DNA of 32,000 bases from Aeropyrum pernix K1 (GTDB lineage Archaea > Thermoproteota > Thermoprotei_A > Sulfolobales > Acidilobaceae): assembly GCF_000011125.1 (NCBI RefSeq), contig NC_000854.2, forward strand, positions 1,620,001 to 1,652,000, read 5' to 3'. The notes beneath the pieces were generated by a model. That model was not told the origin of the DNA. It worked only from the letters and a program-made list of their open reading frames with translations, and did no database searches. The translations under genes and the position numbers were made by a program. Positions 24,100 to 32,000 of this stretch are shown here, piece by piece (position 1 is the stretch's first letter; each line of letters opens with the position of its first letter).

Positions 24100-25146
24100 G
24101 TGTTTGGCGGGATGCCATTTAGGGTCGAGGCTTGGATCCCCATAGGTGATCTCGGGAGCGTCAATGTCTACGCCTTCACAGACGGAGCGTCAACAGTCCT
24201 AGTGGACTCTGGAATGTTCTCGGGGAAGAGCGTCTACACGCTTTTGAAGGGGCTTAGGAGGGTTGGAGTGGACCCTCGCTCGGTGGAGAGGATTGTAGTT
24301 ACCCACTACCATGTAGACCATCTCACGGGGGCTGCTATTTTATGTGAGGCTCTGGGGGCGGAGCTTATGCTTGCGCGGGGCGACCTAGAGCTCCTCCTAC
24401 GCGTTGGGGTGGAAGAGTATTTCCGAAGGGCCCTAGAGTTGCTAGCCCTAGCCGGGACTCCCAGGGAGGTTCTCGAGGAGATAAAGAGGTACTCGCCCGC
24501 CGTCAGGGTGGCTGAGGCTTATGGTGCTGTGGCAGAGCTGGGCCCAAAGCCTTTGGGGGAGGGTGATATCATTGAGATGCCGGGTCACGGGGATTATCTT
24601 GTGCTGGAGACTCCTGGCCACACGCCAGGCCACATAGTCCTGGTCTCTCATGGAAAGAGGGAGGTTCTGTTAGGCGATACTGTGCTCCCAGACATAACGC
24701 CGCACGTGTCCCTGCACAGCATAGATTCCGACCCCCTGGGGAACTACATGTCTAGCCTTTCCAGGATAGCGACTGAGACGGCTGGCTACCTTGGGCTCCC
24801 GGGCCACGGCAACCCTATGAAGGATGTGGCAGCTAGGGCTAGGCAGCTTACGAGGCACCACGTGGAGAGGCTTGAAGAGATTGTATACATACTTAGCAGG
24901 TTGGCTGGCGCGACCGCCTTCGAGGTCGCACAAAGAGTCGGGTGGAGCGTGGCTGGGGGTTGGAGAGGCCTTCCTCCTCTTGGCAAGTATCTCGCCCTCG
25001 GCGAGACTCTTTCACACCTAAGGAGGCTAGAGGTCCTGGGAGTTGTTGAGAGGCTCGAGGTTGAGGGGAAGTTGCGGTGGAGGCTGGCTGTGAACCCCCT
25101 TGATGCCGCCAGCCTTATAAAAGAGAGTTTTAGAGAGAGCGGTTAG
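24100..25146 (+). CDS. Metallo-beta-lactamase-fold hydrolase with a C-terminal winged-helix-like domain
   Basis: THYHVDHLTG (HxHxDH), TPGHTPGH, GDTV and LPGHG motifs. The start may be ATG 24112 (MPFRV...). Confidence 0.85.
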   Translation: MFGGMPFRVEAWIPIGDLGSVNVYAFTDGASTVLVDSGMFSGKSVYTLLKGLRRVGVDPRSVERIVVTHYHVDHLTGAAILCEALGAELMLARGDLELLLRVGVEEYFRRALELLALAGTPREVLEEIKRYSPAVRVAEAYGAVAELGPKPLGEGDIIEMPGHGDYLVLETPGHTPGHIVLVSHGKREVLLGDTVLPDITPHVSLHSIDSDPLGNYMSSLSRIATETAGYLGLPGHGNPMKDVAARARQLTRHHVERLEEIVYILSRLAGATAFEVAQRVGWSVAGGWRGLPPLGKYLALGETLSHLRRLEVLGVVERLEVEGKLRWRLAVNPLDAASLIKESFRESG

Positions 25147-25286
25147 AGCGTTAAGACGCTGCCTGGCCGTCGATGCTTAACCTGCTATAAACGTGCATCA
25201 GGGGTAGAGTCTGCATCAATCAGAACCATTGGTTGCCGGTGAGGACCTCAAAGGGAGACGACTCGCCTGCGACCACCTGTGTCTGC

Positions 25287-26201
25287 TCACTCTTTAATGT
25301 AGGGGCGGCCTAGCCAGGCTGGCATCCTCGGCTTCCTGAGGGCTACTAGGGTGACTGCAGCCAGTGTTGCTATGTAGGGGATGGTGTTGACCAGGTTGCT
25401 TGCTGCTGTCGCCTCAAGGCTTATGTTGAGGTATATTGCGAGCGCCTCTGAGAAGCCAAACACGTAGCCGCCCAGCAGGGCCGCCAGGGGGTTCCAGCCG
25501 CTGAACGCCACGTTGGCGAGGGCGATGAAGCCCCGGCCCGCCGTCATGTTCTTAGCGAACACCCCCTGGTAGTCTATGCTGAGGTACGCCCCCGCTAGTC
25601 CCGCCATGAGCCCGGCGAACCCCGCTGCAGCTACCTGGTAGAGAGCCACGTTAACCCCCATAGCCTCCGCGCTCCTAGGATCCTCACCACAGGACCTCAG
25701 CCTCAGCCCAGCTATGGTCCTGTATAGGAAGAGCCAAACGATAACCCCGGCGGCGAGGGATAATGGCACCATGGGGCTTATCCTGACACCAGCTATCACG
25801 AAGCCTGGCATGGGCTCTACAGGGGGGCTGTTCGAGAAAGTACCCCATAGCATGTAGGTTCCAACCACTGTGGCTCCCGCCGAGAAGATGTTCAACCCTA
25901 CACCCGTAACTATCTGATCACCCTTAAGATACACACTCACAACGCCGTGGAGAACGCCTATAGACAGCCCCAAGAGAGCCCCCAAAAGGTAGCCTGCCAG
26001 AGGGCCCCAGCCCGTTAGGATGTAAACGGCCACAGCTGCCCACGCAGACGCAAGCATTATGCCCTCAAGCCCTATGTTCACAATCCCAGCCCTCTCAGAC
26101 GCTATCTCACCTATAGACGCTAGTGTTATAGGGACCATGGCTGATGCCGCGAGCAGGGCCAGACTAGTTAAGTCCTCTAGAACAACCTCCACCAGCGCCA
26201 A
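25287..26201 (-). CDS. ABC transporter permease (BMP/nucleoside-sugar type, second permease)
   Basis: 304 aa polytopic protein. Last gene of the SBP-ATPase-permease-permease operon. Confidence 0.8.
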   Translation of the reverse strand: MALVEVVLEDLTSLALLAASAMVPITLASIGEIASERAGIVNIGLEGIMLASAWAAVAVYILTGWGPLAGYLLGALLGLSIGVLHGVVSVYLKGDQIVTGVGLNIFSAGATVVGTYMLWGTFSNSPPVEPMPGFVIAGVRISPMVPLSLAAGVIVWLFLYRTIAGLRLRSCGEDPRSAEAMGVNVALYQVAAAGFAGLMAGLAGAYLSIDYQGVFAKNMTAGRGFIALANVAFSGWNPLAALLGGYVFGFSEALAIYLNISLEATAASNLVNTIPYIATLAAVTLVALRKPRMPAWLGRPYIKE

Positions 26202-26208
26202 CAGGCCC

Positions 26209-27339
26209 TCACCCCAGCCTTCCAGCTATAGAGCTGAGCCTCCGCGGTATGCCTGTGTATCTTAGGCCCGAGAGCGCTGCCACGGTGAATATAATCGCGC
26301 CGTTGACAACATCCGCAAGCTCAGCCGGAATCCGGGCAGTGACCTGTATCCTCTCGCTCCCAGACGCCAGGTCTCCCACGAAGAGGCTAGCAGCTACTAT
26401 GCCCAGAGGGTTATTCCTGCCGATAAGGGCTACCCCAATGCCCTCGAAGCCGTAGCCGAAGAGGCCTGAGAGGGTCGAATCTATCCTATAGCTGTGGCCC
26501 AATATTAGGAGGGCGCCGCCCAAGCCCGCCAGGACTCCCGCGGCGGCCATGGAGGCAAGCTTAACTCTACCGACAGCTACACCCCTGCTGGCCGCCGCAT
26601 ACTCGTTTGCTCCCGCAAACCGGTACCTGAGGCCGGGCACCGTCTTATATATAACTGTCCAGGCGGCCAGCGCCGTGGCAAGCGAGACGAAAACTATCAT
26701 GGGGAACCCTGACCTAAGATGCTCCTGGAGTGGCGGCGGCAGGAGCTCGCTTGGTATCCAGGGAATCCTAGCCTCCAGAGGCACCTCGAGGGTCAGGTGA
26801 GAGTACACGGGGTCCGCCAGATACTCGACGACAATGTACCTGAGGCTCCAGAACGCAATCCAGTTGAGCATTATTGTGCTGAGGACCTCGTTAATGTTCA
26901 GCTTCACCCTGAGGAGGCCGGCGAACAGCCCCATGAGGCCCCCTGCAACAGCAGCAGCCACCAATGCGGGGAGAGGGGTGTAGGGGAGTGTGAGGGCGGC
27001 CACTAGCGCGGCCGCCGCCCCCGCATACAGCTGCCCCTCCGCGCCTATATTGAAGAAACCCATCCTCAGGGGGATCGCGAACGCGAGGGCAGTCATAACC
27101 AGGATAGAGGACCTCACCAGAAATATCTCCGGATAGTAGATGAAGCTTAGGAGAATGTCGGCCACACCCCTCAGGGGGTCCGCTCCCCCGAGGGCGAGTA
27201 CGATAGCCCCCGCTACCAAGCCCAGGCCGACCGCCGCTAGAGTTAAGCTGAGGTCTCCCAGGCTTATGGCAACTGGTAGTCTAGGCACCCATGAGCACCC
27301 CCAGCTTCTCAGGAGTAGCCTGACTCCTTTCGAGAACAC
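26209..27339 (-). CDS. ABC transporter permease (BMP/nucleoside-sugar type, first permease)
   Basis: Polytopic protein. The track start overlaps the ATPase by 59 nt. GTG at 27288 (VPRLPVAISL...) would give an 8-nt overlap and is a plausible true start. Confidence 0.8.
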   Translation of the reverse strand: MFSKGVRLLLRSWGCSWVPRLPVAISLGDLSLTLAAVGLGLVAGAIVLALGGADPLRGVADILLSFIYYPEIFLVRSSILVMTALAFAIPLRMGFFNIGAEGQLYAGAAAALVAALTLPYTPLPALVAAAVAGGLMGLFAGLLRVKLNINEVLSTIMLNWIAFWSLRYIVVEYLADPVYSHLTLEVPLEARIPWIPSELLPPPLQEHLRSGFPMIVFVSLATALAAWTVIYKTVPGLRYRFAGANEYAAASRGVAVGRVKLASMAAAGVLAGLGGALLILGHSYRIDSTLSGLFGYGFEGIGVALIGRNNPLGIVAASLFVGDLASGSERIQVTARIPAELADVVNGAIIFTVAALSGLRYTGIPRRLSSIAGRLG

Positions 27340-28777
27340 CTGTGACTCGTCCTCCAGACATCACGTATATCCTGTCGCTCAGCTCTAGGATCTCGTCCAG
27401 GTCTGTTGACACAAGCAGTATTCCGGCTCCCTGCCTCGCAAGCTCCGAGAGGAGGTTGCGGACGAAGGATGTTGTGGCGATGTCTAACCCCTGTGTCGGG
27501 TTAACCGCCACCAGTAGCTTGAACCCCCTGAGGACCTCGGACCCCACAATAACTTTCTGCTGGTTACCGCCGCTCAGCCTGCCCACGGGAGTCCATGGGC
27601 TCCTAGCCACCAGCCTAAACCTCTCGACGAGCCTCCTAAAGAGGTCCTCTAGCCTGCTCCTCCTCAAGAGGAGGGTTTTGGAGGCTGTGTAGTAGAGGAA
27701 TGCGATGTTTTCAGCCACACTATAGTCCATTGCGAGGACCTTCCCCCTGTCACCAGCTATATAGCCGCCTCCGGCCCTGTAGAAGTCGAGGCTACCCTCG
27801 ATTCTCCTCCCCTGAACCTCTATGCTACCCCTAACCGGCCTGCGGAGGCCTATTATAGCGTCTACTAGCTCTTCCTGTCCATTACCCGCAACGCCAGCGA
27901 TCCCCACGATCTCGCCTTCCCTAACCTCTAAGCTTACCTCCCTAACCCGCTCGACACCATCAACAACTACGCTAACCCCCCTTACGCTTAGAAGCTCGCG
28001 CCCCACCTTGCCCGGAGGCCTAGGGGTCGGTGGGGGAAGGGTGCCGACCATTAGCCTCGCCAGCTCTTCCTCACTCGTTCTCCCGACATCCTCAATAACC
28101 GCCGAGACCCTACCCCTTCTGAGGACTGTAACCCTATCAGCTACCCTCACGACCTCGCCCAGCTTGTGAGTGATGTAGACCACGCTGACCCCCATGTCCT
28201 TGAGCAGCCTCAGGGTTGAGAACAGTTTCTCCGCCTCGAGGGGTGTAAGGTTGCTGGTGGGCTCATCAAGTATGAGAACCTTCGCGCCTCCACTCAAGGC
28301 TTTTATAATCTCGACACGCTGTCTCGCACCCATGGGGAGATCCGCGACGGTCTTTGCTAGGTCAATCTCGAGCCCAAGCCTCTCAGCAGTCTCTAACGTC
28401 CTCCTCCGTGCCTCACTCCTCCCAAGGCCTAGGCTGGAGAGGTATATCGCTATATTCTCCTCAACCGTCATACTCTCGACTAGCCTGAACTGCTGGTAAA
28501 CCATGGCTATGCCATTCCTTATAGCATCCCACGGGCCCCTCCAGGAGACCTTCCGGCCCCAAACATAAATCTCCCCCATTGTGGGCTTGATCTCGCCGTA
28601 GAGTATCCTCATCAACGTGGTCTTGCCCGCCCCGTTCTCGCCGAGAAGAGCGTGGACCTCACCAGCCCTAAGGGTAAAGTCGACGTTGTCTAGAGCCTTT
28701 ACGCCGTCCGGGTAAACCTTTACTATGCCTCTCATAGCAACGGCGTGGCCAGCGTTACCAGAAGCGTTTTCACCCAT
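27281..28777 (-). CDS. ABC transporter ATP-binding protein with two fused nucleotide-binding domains
   Basis: 498 aa. GENGAGKTT, ILDEPTS, LSGGNQQK, and a degenerate second Walker A typical of sugar/nucleoside importers. Confidence 0.9.
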   Translation of the reverse strand: MGENASGNAGHAVAMRGIVKVYPDGVKALDNVDFTLRAGEVHALLGENGAGKTTLMRILYGEIKPTMGEIYVWGRKVSWRGPWDAIRNGIAMVYQQFRLVESMTVEENIAIYLSSLGLGRSEARRRTLETAERLGLEIDLAKTVADLPMGARQRVEIIKALSGGAKVLILDEPTSNLTPLEAEKLFSTLRLLKDMGVSVVYITHKLGEVVRVADRVTVLRRGRVSAVIEDVGRTSEEELARLMVGTLPPPTPRPPGKVGRELLSVRGVSVVVDGVERVREVSLEVREGEIVGIAGVAGNGQEELVDAIIGLRRPVRGSIEVQGRRIEGSLDFYRAGGGYIAGDRGKVLAMDYSVAENIAFLYYTASKTLLLRRSRLEDLFRRLVERFRLVARSPWTPVGRLSGGNQQKVIVGSEVLRGFKLLVAVNPTQGLDIATTSFVRNLLSELARQGAGILLVSTDLDEILELSDRIYVMSGGRVTGVLERSQATPEKLGVLMGA

Positions 28778-28888
28778 AACGTAGCCACCCGTAAAGGTCT
28801 CAATCCTTGGTGCCCTGTCTCACCCAACATTATTTTGGATAACATTGCCCCAGCTCCGGCCAACAAGTACTCATAGCTTCCGGTTGCG

Positions 28889-28919
28889 ATAAAAAGAGTG
28901 TGAGCGGCTGGCCGCACTC
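28889..28919 (-). terminator. GC hairpin followed by T5 just after the substrate-binding protein gene
   Basis: The minus strand reads GAGTGCGGCCAGCCGCTCAC ACTCTTTTTAT starting 4 nt after the SBP stop. Core stem GCGG/CCGC with a 4-nt loop plus flanking pairs. T5 at 28891-28895. Confidence 0.3.
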
Positions 28920-28922
28920 GGC

Positions 28923-30335
28923 CTAAGACTCAAGAGCCGCCTCAAGGTTTCCGGCCTTTAGCTCCTCTATTATACTGTCGTAGGTGTCGTGGTCTTGCGG
29001 TGTTACGAACTTTATCTCTCCACTGATAATCTTCTGCTTCAGCTCTTCCACGAGCCTCCAACCATCGTTACTAATCCACTTCTCCCTCTGGGACATAACT
29101 ATCTCAACCACCTTCTCCGGCGTTAAGCCCTCAGGAAGCTGGCCGGTCTCTGCCGCTATCTCTGCGAAGTACCTTATGATCTCCTCGTCACTTAGCCCCA
29201 GGCCGCCCTCCTTGAGGCCCAGGCTTACGATGCCGCCCCTGAACCTTCCTTCTACAACATCCTTTATTGCAGTATAGACCGCCACGTCAACCCTCTTCAA
29301 ACCACTAATGATTATAGTTTGAGGGTCGTACCACTCCTGGCTAGCGTCCTGGCCTATGCTGAAGGCTATAACCCCTCTCGCTGCCGCCTCTTTGACCGCG
29401 TTGAACATACCCACGTGAGTGAGCCCGGCTACCCCGTAGAAGACCCTAACTCCCTGCTGGAGCATCTGCTCCGCTGTAGTCTTGCCTAGCGTTGGATCGT
29501 CGAACCTGCCTGTATACGTCCACACCATCTCGACGTCTGTACCCATGGCCTGGTTATAATACTGGACTCCGTAGAGGTAGCCGATGTGGAATCTCCAGAG
29601 CGGAGGTATGTCCATCCCCGCCACAGCCCCCGCTTTAGCCTCCTCGCCCGTCGCCTTAGAGATGTTGTTGGCTATGTCGGCCGCGATAATGCCAACAAGG
29701 CTTGCCACCTCCTGCTCCCTGAAAAGGTAGCTTGCCACGTTATCGTATCTCTCCCTGGTGGCGGCGTCTATCAAAGCGTACTTCTGCTCCGGATATCTAG
29801 GCGCTACCTTTTCGAGCGGCTCCTGCCACAGGAAGCCTACGAGAACGATTAGATCGTACTCGCCACTCCTACTCGCAGCATCTAGTACACTCTCCATGAC
29901 TGCCAGGCTCTGGGGCGTCTGGAAAACCACGTCCACGCCGAGCTCCTCAGCAGCCCTATCAGCTCCAAGCGCAGCCATGTCGTTGAAGCTGAGATCGCCC
30001 CTTCCGCCGACGTCAAACAATACCAACACGCTAATAGGCCTAGCCTGCTCGGTAGTCGCCACGGAAGTCGTAGTCTCGTAAGCGGCTGGCGTTGTGGTCT
30101 CCTCGCCTGTAGCCTGGGGCGGTGTAGTTGTACCAGTGGCCTCTCCTCCTACAGGCGCCTCCCCTCCCCCTCTAGATGTTATGACGAAAGCTGCAGCAGC
30201 TAGGATCAACAGAACAAAAACAGCACCGACAGCAATGAGGAGCCTTGAGTTGCTGGCTATCGCCAAGGCTCTCAATCCACATTGGCATGCGGGGCATATG
30301 GGGCCTAAAATAGTGGGAGGGAGGATATTTAACAT
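28923..30335 (-). CDS. BMP-family (Med/PnrA-like) ABC substrate-binding protein, membrane-anchored with a Thr-rich linker
   Basis: 470 aa. N-terminal TM, linker GTTTPPQATGEETTTPAAYETTTSVATTEQ, then VLFDVGGRGDLSFND typical of BMP lipoprotein-family binding proteins. Confidence 0.85.
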   Translation of the reverse strand: MLNILPPTILGPICPACQCGLRALAIASNSRLLIAVGAVFVLLILAAAAFVITSRGGGEAPVGGEATGTTTPPQATGEETTTPAAYETTTSVATTEQARPISVLVLFDVGGRGDLSFNDMAALGADRAAEELGVDVVFQTPQSLAVMESVLDAASRSGEYDLIVLVGFLWQEPLEKVAPRYPEQKYALIDAATRERYDNVASYLFREQEVASLVGIIAADIANNISKATGEEAKAGAVAGMDIPPLWRFHIGYLYGVQYYNQAMGTDVEMVWTYTGRFDDPTLGKTTAEQMLQQGVRVFYGVAGLTHVGMFNAVKEAAARGVIAFSIGQDASQEWYDPQTIIISGLKRVDVAVYTAIKDVVEGRFRGGIVSLGLKEGGLGLSDEEIIRYFAEIAAETGQLPEGLTPEKVVEIVMSQREKWISNDGWRLVEELKQKIISGEIKFVTPQDHDTYDSIIEELKAGNLEAALES

Positions 30336-30462
30336 GGAACGCCAAACCTATTTGCAACTACTAATGAAAAAGGAGTTGCACAGGAATCAAAGTTTCTCCC
30401 CGGCACTCCATAACTTCTCATAACTCCTACGGCACTACCACTGGAGATCTGAGCCGCGACCT

Positions 30463-30720
30463 CTATACAGCCAGCCGTATTCTCACATAGTAGACTTTCT
30501 CGCCGTCTCTCCGACCCGCCTCGAGGACCTCGAAACCCATATCCTCTGCTATTCTCTGGACAGCCAGCCACGTGTCTGGATCCCTCATCACCACCTCATA
30601 GACCTCGCCTGGCCTCGCAAGCTGGGCTACGTAGGTTTCGAACGCCTCGATCTTGGGCATCCCGCACTTGTCCTCGATCTTTCTGAAGTCTATGATCCTT
30701 ATGTCGAACTCTTCAGTCAG
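30463..30720 (-). CDS. tusA: TusA/SirA-like sulfur carrier protein (5' end extended beyond the only ATG)
   Basis: The track ORF (30463-30660) aligns to the TusA fold after the active site. The in-frame upstream codons read LTEEFDIRIIDFRKIEDKCG-MPKIEAF, which supplies the TusA LDxxGxxCPxP-type Cys (here CGMP). There is no ATG/GTG/TTG upstream. CTG at 30720-30718 overlaps the rhodanese stop as CTGA. Confidence 0.55.
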   Translation of the reverse strand: MTEEFDIRIIDFRKIEDKCGMPKIEAFETYVAQLARPGEVYEVVMRDPDTWLAVQRIAEDMGFEVLEAGRRDGEKVYYVRIRLAV

Positions 30721-31586
30721 GGTTCGTCCCCCTTCTTAACGGGAGCCCTGACCATGTTGCCCCACTCGCTCCAAGACCCGTCATACACTGCGACGTTGGG
30801 ATAGCCCAGCAGCTCTTTGAGAACGAACCATGTGTGTGAGGCTCTCTCGCCTATGCGGCAGTACACTATAACCTCCTTATCCGGTGTTACACCTCTATCC
30901 TCGTAGAGGCTCCTCAGCTCCTCAGGCGATTTGAAGCTCCCGTCATCTCTCACTGCCTGTTTCCAGGGTATGTTTAGGGCCCCGGGTATGTGGCCTCCCC
31001 TCTGGGCCTGCTCCTCAGGATACTCTGGCGGTGCCGTAATATCTCCCCGGTACTCCTCGGGGCTCCTAACGTCAACTAGCACCGTGTTGGGATCGTTCAA
31101 CTTACGAAGGATGTCAAGGAAGAAAACGCGGTATCTGCTGTCGACCGTAACTACTCTATATCTACTCTCCCTCTCGGCACGCGGCGGCTCTCTGGTAGCG
31201 GGTCTTGACATCGGCTTCCCAAGGGCTATCCACTTACTCCTACCCCCGTCTAGGAGGCTTACCCTCTGGTGCCCGTACATCTTGAAGACCCAGTAGGCGA
31301 AAGCCGCGAACCAGTTGTTGTAGTCCCCATAGAGTATGACGTGGTCCCCATTCTCTACGCCAAGCCTCGACATCAGCCTCTCGAAGCCCTCTGGGTCGAT
31401 AATGTCTCTCTCCGGGTATTTGTTGAGATCCCTCTTCCAGTCTATGAGGAGTGCTCCGGGAATGTGACCTATGAAGTAAGCTGTAGCCGGGTCGTAGTCG
31501 ACCTCGATAACCTTGACATCACTCCTCTTGATATTGGCCTCGAGCCACTCAATACTAACCAGGGGGCCCGGATAGTCGGCTCCCAA
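30717..31586 (-). CDS. Two-domain rhodanese (thiosulfate sulfurtransferase type)
   Basis: 289 aa. Tandem rhodanese domains with the active-site loop CRIGERASH (CRxGxR type). TTG start with GGTGA 6 nt upstream. Confidence 0.9.
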   Translation of the reverse strand: MGADYPGPLVSIEWLEANIKRSDVKVIEVDYDPATAYFIGHIPGALLIDWKRDLNKYPERDIIDPEGFERLMSRLGVENGDHVILYGDYNNWFAAFAYWVFKMYGHQRVSLLDGGRSKWIALGKPMSRPATREPPRAERESRYRVVTVDSRYRVFFLDILRKLNDPNTVLVDVRSPEEYRGDITAPPEYPEEQAQRGGHIPGALNIPWKQAVRDDGSFKSPEELRSLYEDRGVTPDKEVIVYCRIGERASHTWFVLKELLGYPNVAVYDGSWSEWGNMVRAPVKKGDEP

Positions 31587-31799
31587 CTTTATTCACCATT
31601 AACACTGTTAAAGAGCTGGGTGTATATCGATTCTAAGGAGTTTTGGAAAAATCAAAACTCTCCCGGCCACTTTTGAGCAGGAGAGGCTGCTTAAAGTAGC
31701 TGCTTAAAATAAACCGCACTTGCAGAATAACTGCTATGTTTGGCCAGCTACCTATATACCACTCTTGCGCCACTCTTCGATTTTATCCGCGGTCTCGAC

Positions 31800-32000
31800 C
31801 TACTGTCCGTGGGGTGAAGGTGCTGGGAGCTTGGCCACGGCGTCCACGTCTATTATGCCTCTGTATGCTTCCCTGTATATCGGGCTCTCCAGAATCCTCT
31901 TGATATACCTCCTCCTATCGTACTTCTCGCCCGGGTTGAACCCTTTTATCCTTAGGTTCTTGGCCTTAGCGAAGCGCTTCTGCACGTTATCCCTGTAGAT
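31800..32000 (-). CDS. Partial CDS (C-terminus only), unknown product
   Basis: The frame is open from the right edge (IYRDNVQKRFAKAKNLRIKGFNPGEKYDRRRYIKRILESPIYREAYRGIIDVDAVAKLPAPSPHGQ*). The composition looks coding. No family recognised. Confidence 0.4.
   Translation of the reverse strand: MYRDNVQKRFAKAKNLRIKGFNPGEKYDRRRYIKRILESPIYREAYRGIIDVDAVAKLPAPSPHGQ

Noticed and set aside
30329-30571. 80-aa and 61-aa minus-strand ORFs (30329-30571, 30172-30357) near the TusA gene and the SBP start.
   Set aside because: They overlap the TusA-like and SBP frames out of frame. Their composition is Arg/Gly/Cys/Pro-rich, with no motifs.
31720-31998. 92-aa plus-strand ORF at the right edge.
   Set aside because: It is antisense to the better-looking open frame that runs off the window edge on the minus strand. 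It is Leu/Ser/Tyr-rich and lacks a Shine-Dalgarno box.

Overview
The window looks archaeal, most likely crenarchaeal (Aeropyrum/Desulfurococcales-like). This is an inference from four things: GGAGGTGA-type Shine-Dalgarno boxes, many GTG/TTG starts with 4-nt NTGA stop/start overlaps, AGG/AGA-rich codons, and Thr/Pro-rich linkers on exported proteins. About 90% of the window is coding. By eye I found no rRNA, tRNA, CRISPR array, transposase or integrase.

Gene layout:
- 1-5.9 kb: a complete tryptophan regulon split into two divergent operons, trpA-trpB(TrpB2 type)-trpF-trpC(partial) on the minus strand and trpD-trpE-trpG on the plus strand.
- 6.1-14.8 kb: a metal(loid)/thiol cluster. It holds arsenite-oxidase-like aioB-aioA, an Lrp/AsnC regulator fused to a TRASH-like C2HC domain, a Cys-motif membrane protein, a membrane-anchored thioredoxin-fold protein, a NikR-like regulator and a divergent HMA-less P1B ATPase with an atypical CPS motif.
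- 15-25 kb: an unknown membrane protein, an aminotransferase, an SplB-like radical SAM protein, an ABC-2 exporter pair, a flavin reductase, a divergent LplA-family protein, a GltP/DAACS symporter and an MBL-fold hydrolase.
- 25-31.6 kb: a BMP-family ABC importer (substrate-binding protein, double ATPase, two permeases), followed by rhodanese and a TusA-like gene.

Most noteworthy sequence-level observations:
1. Both divergent trp operons carry the identical 10-mer GAGCCAATGG on their start codons. Each also has a matching out-of-frame mini-uORF (MSQW / MKSQWL) whose single Trp codon overlaps the main ATG.
2. Those two boxes plus a third related element sit exactly 76 bp apart, and the intergenic region has dyad symmetry around the middle element.
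3. An Lrp-TRASH regulator and phased AT-rich repeats lie just upstream of aioBA, making a candidate archaeal arsenite-sensing circuit.
4. The predicted catalytic Cys codon of the TusA-like gene lies upstream of every canonical start codon. It sits in a CTGA overlap with the rhodanese stop and next to a C5 homopolymer.

All functional assignments come from motif recognition by eye and from remembered family sequences. No searches were run.
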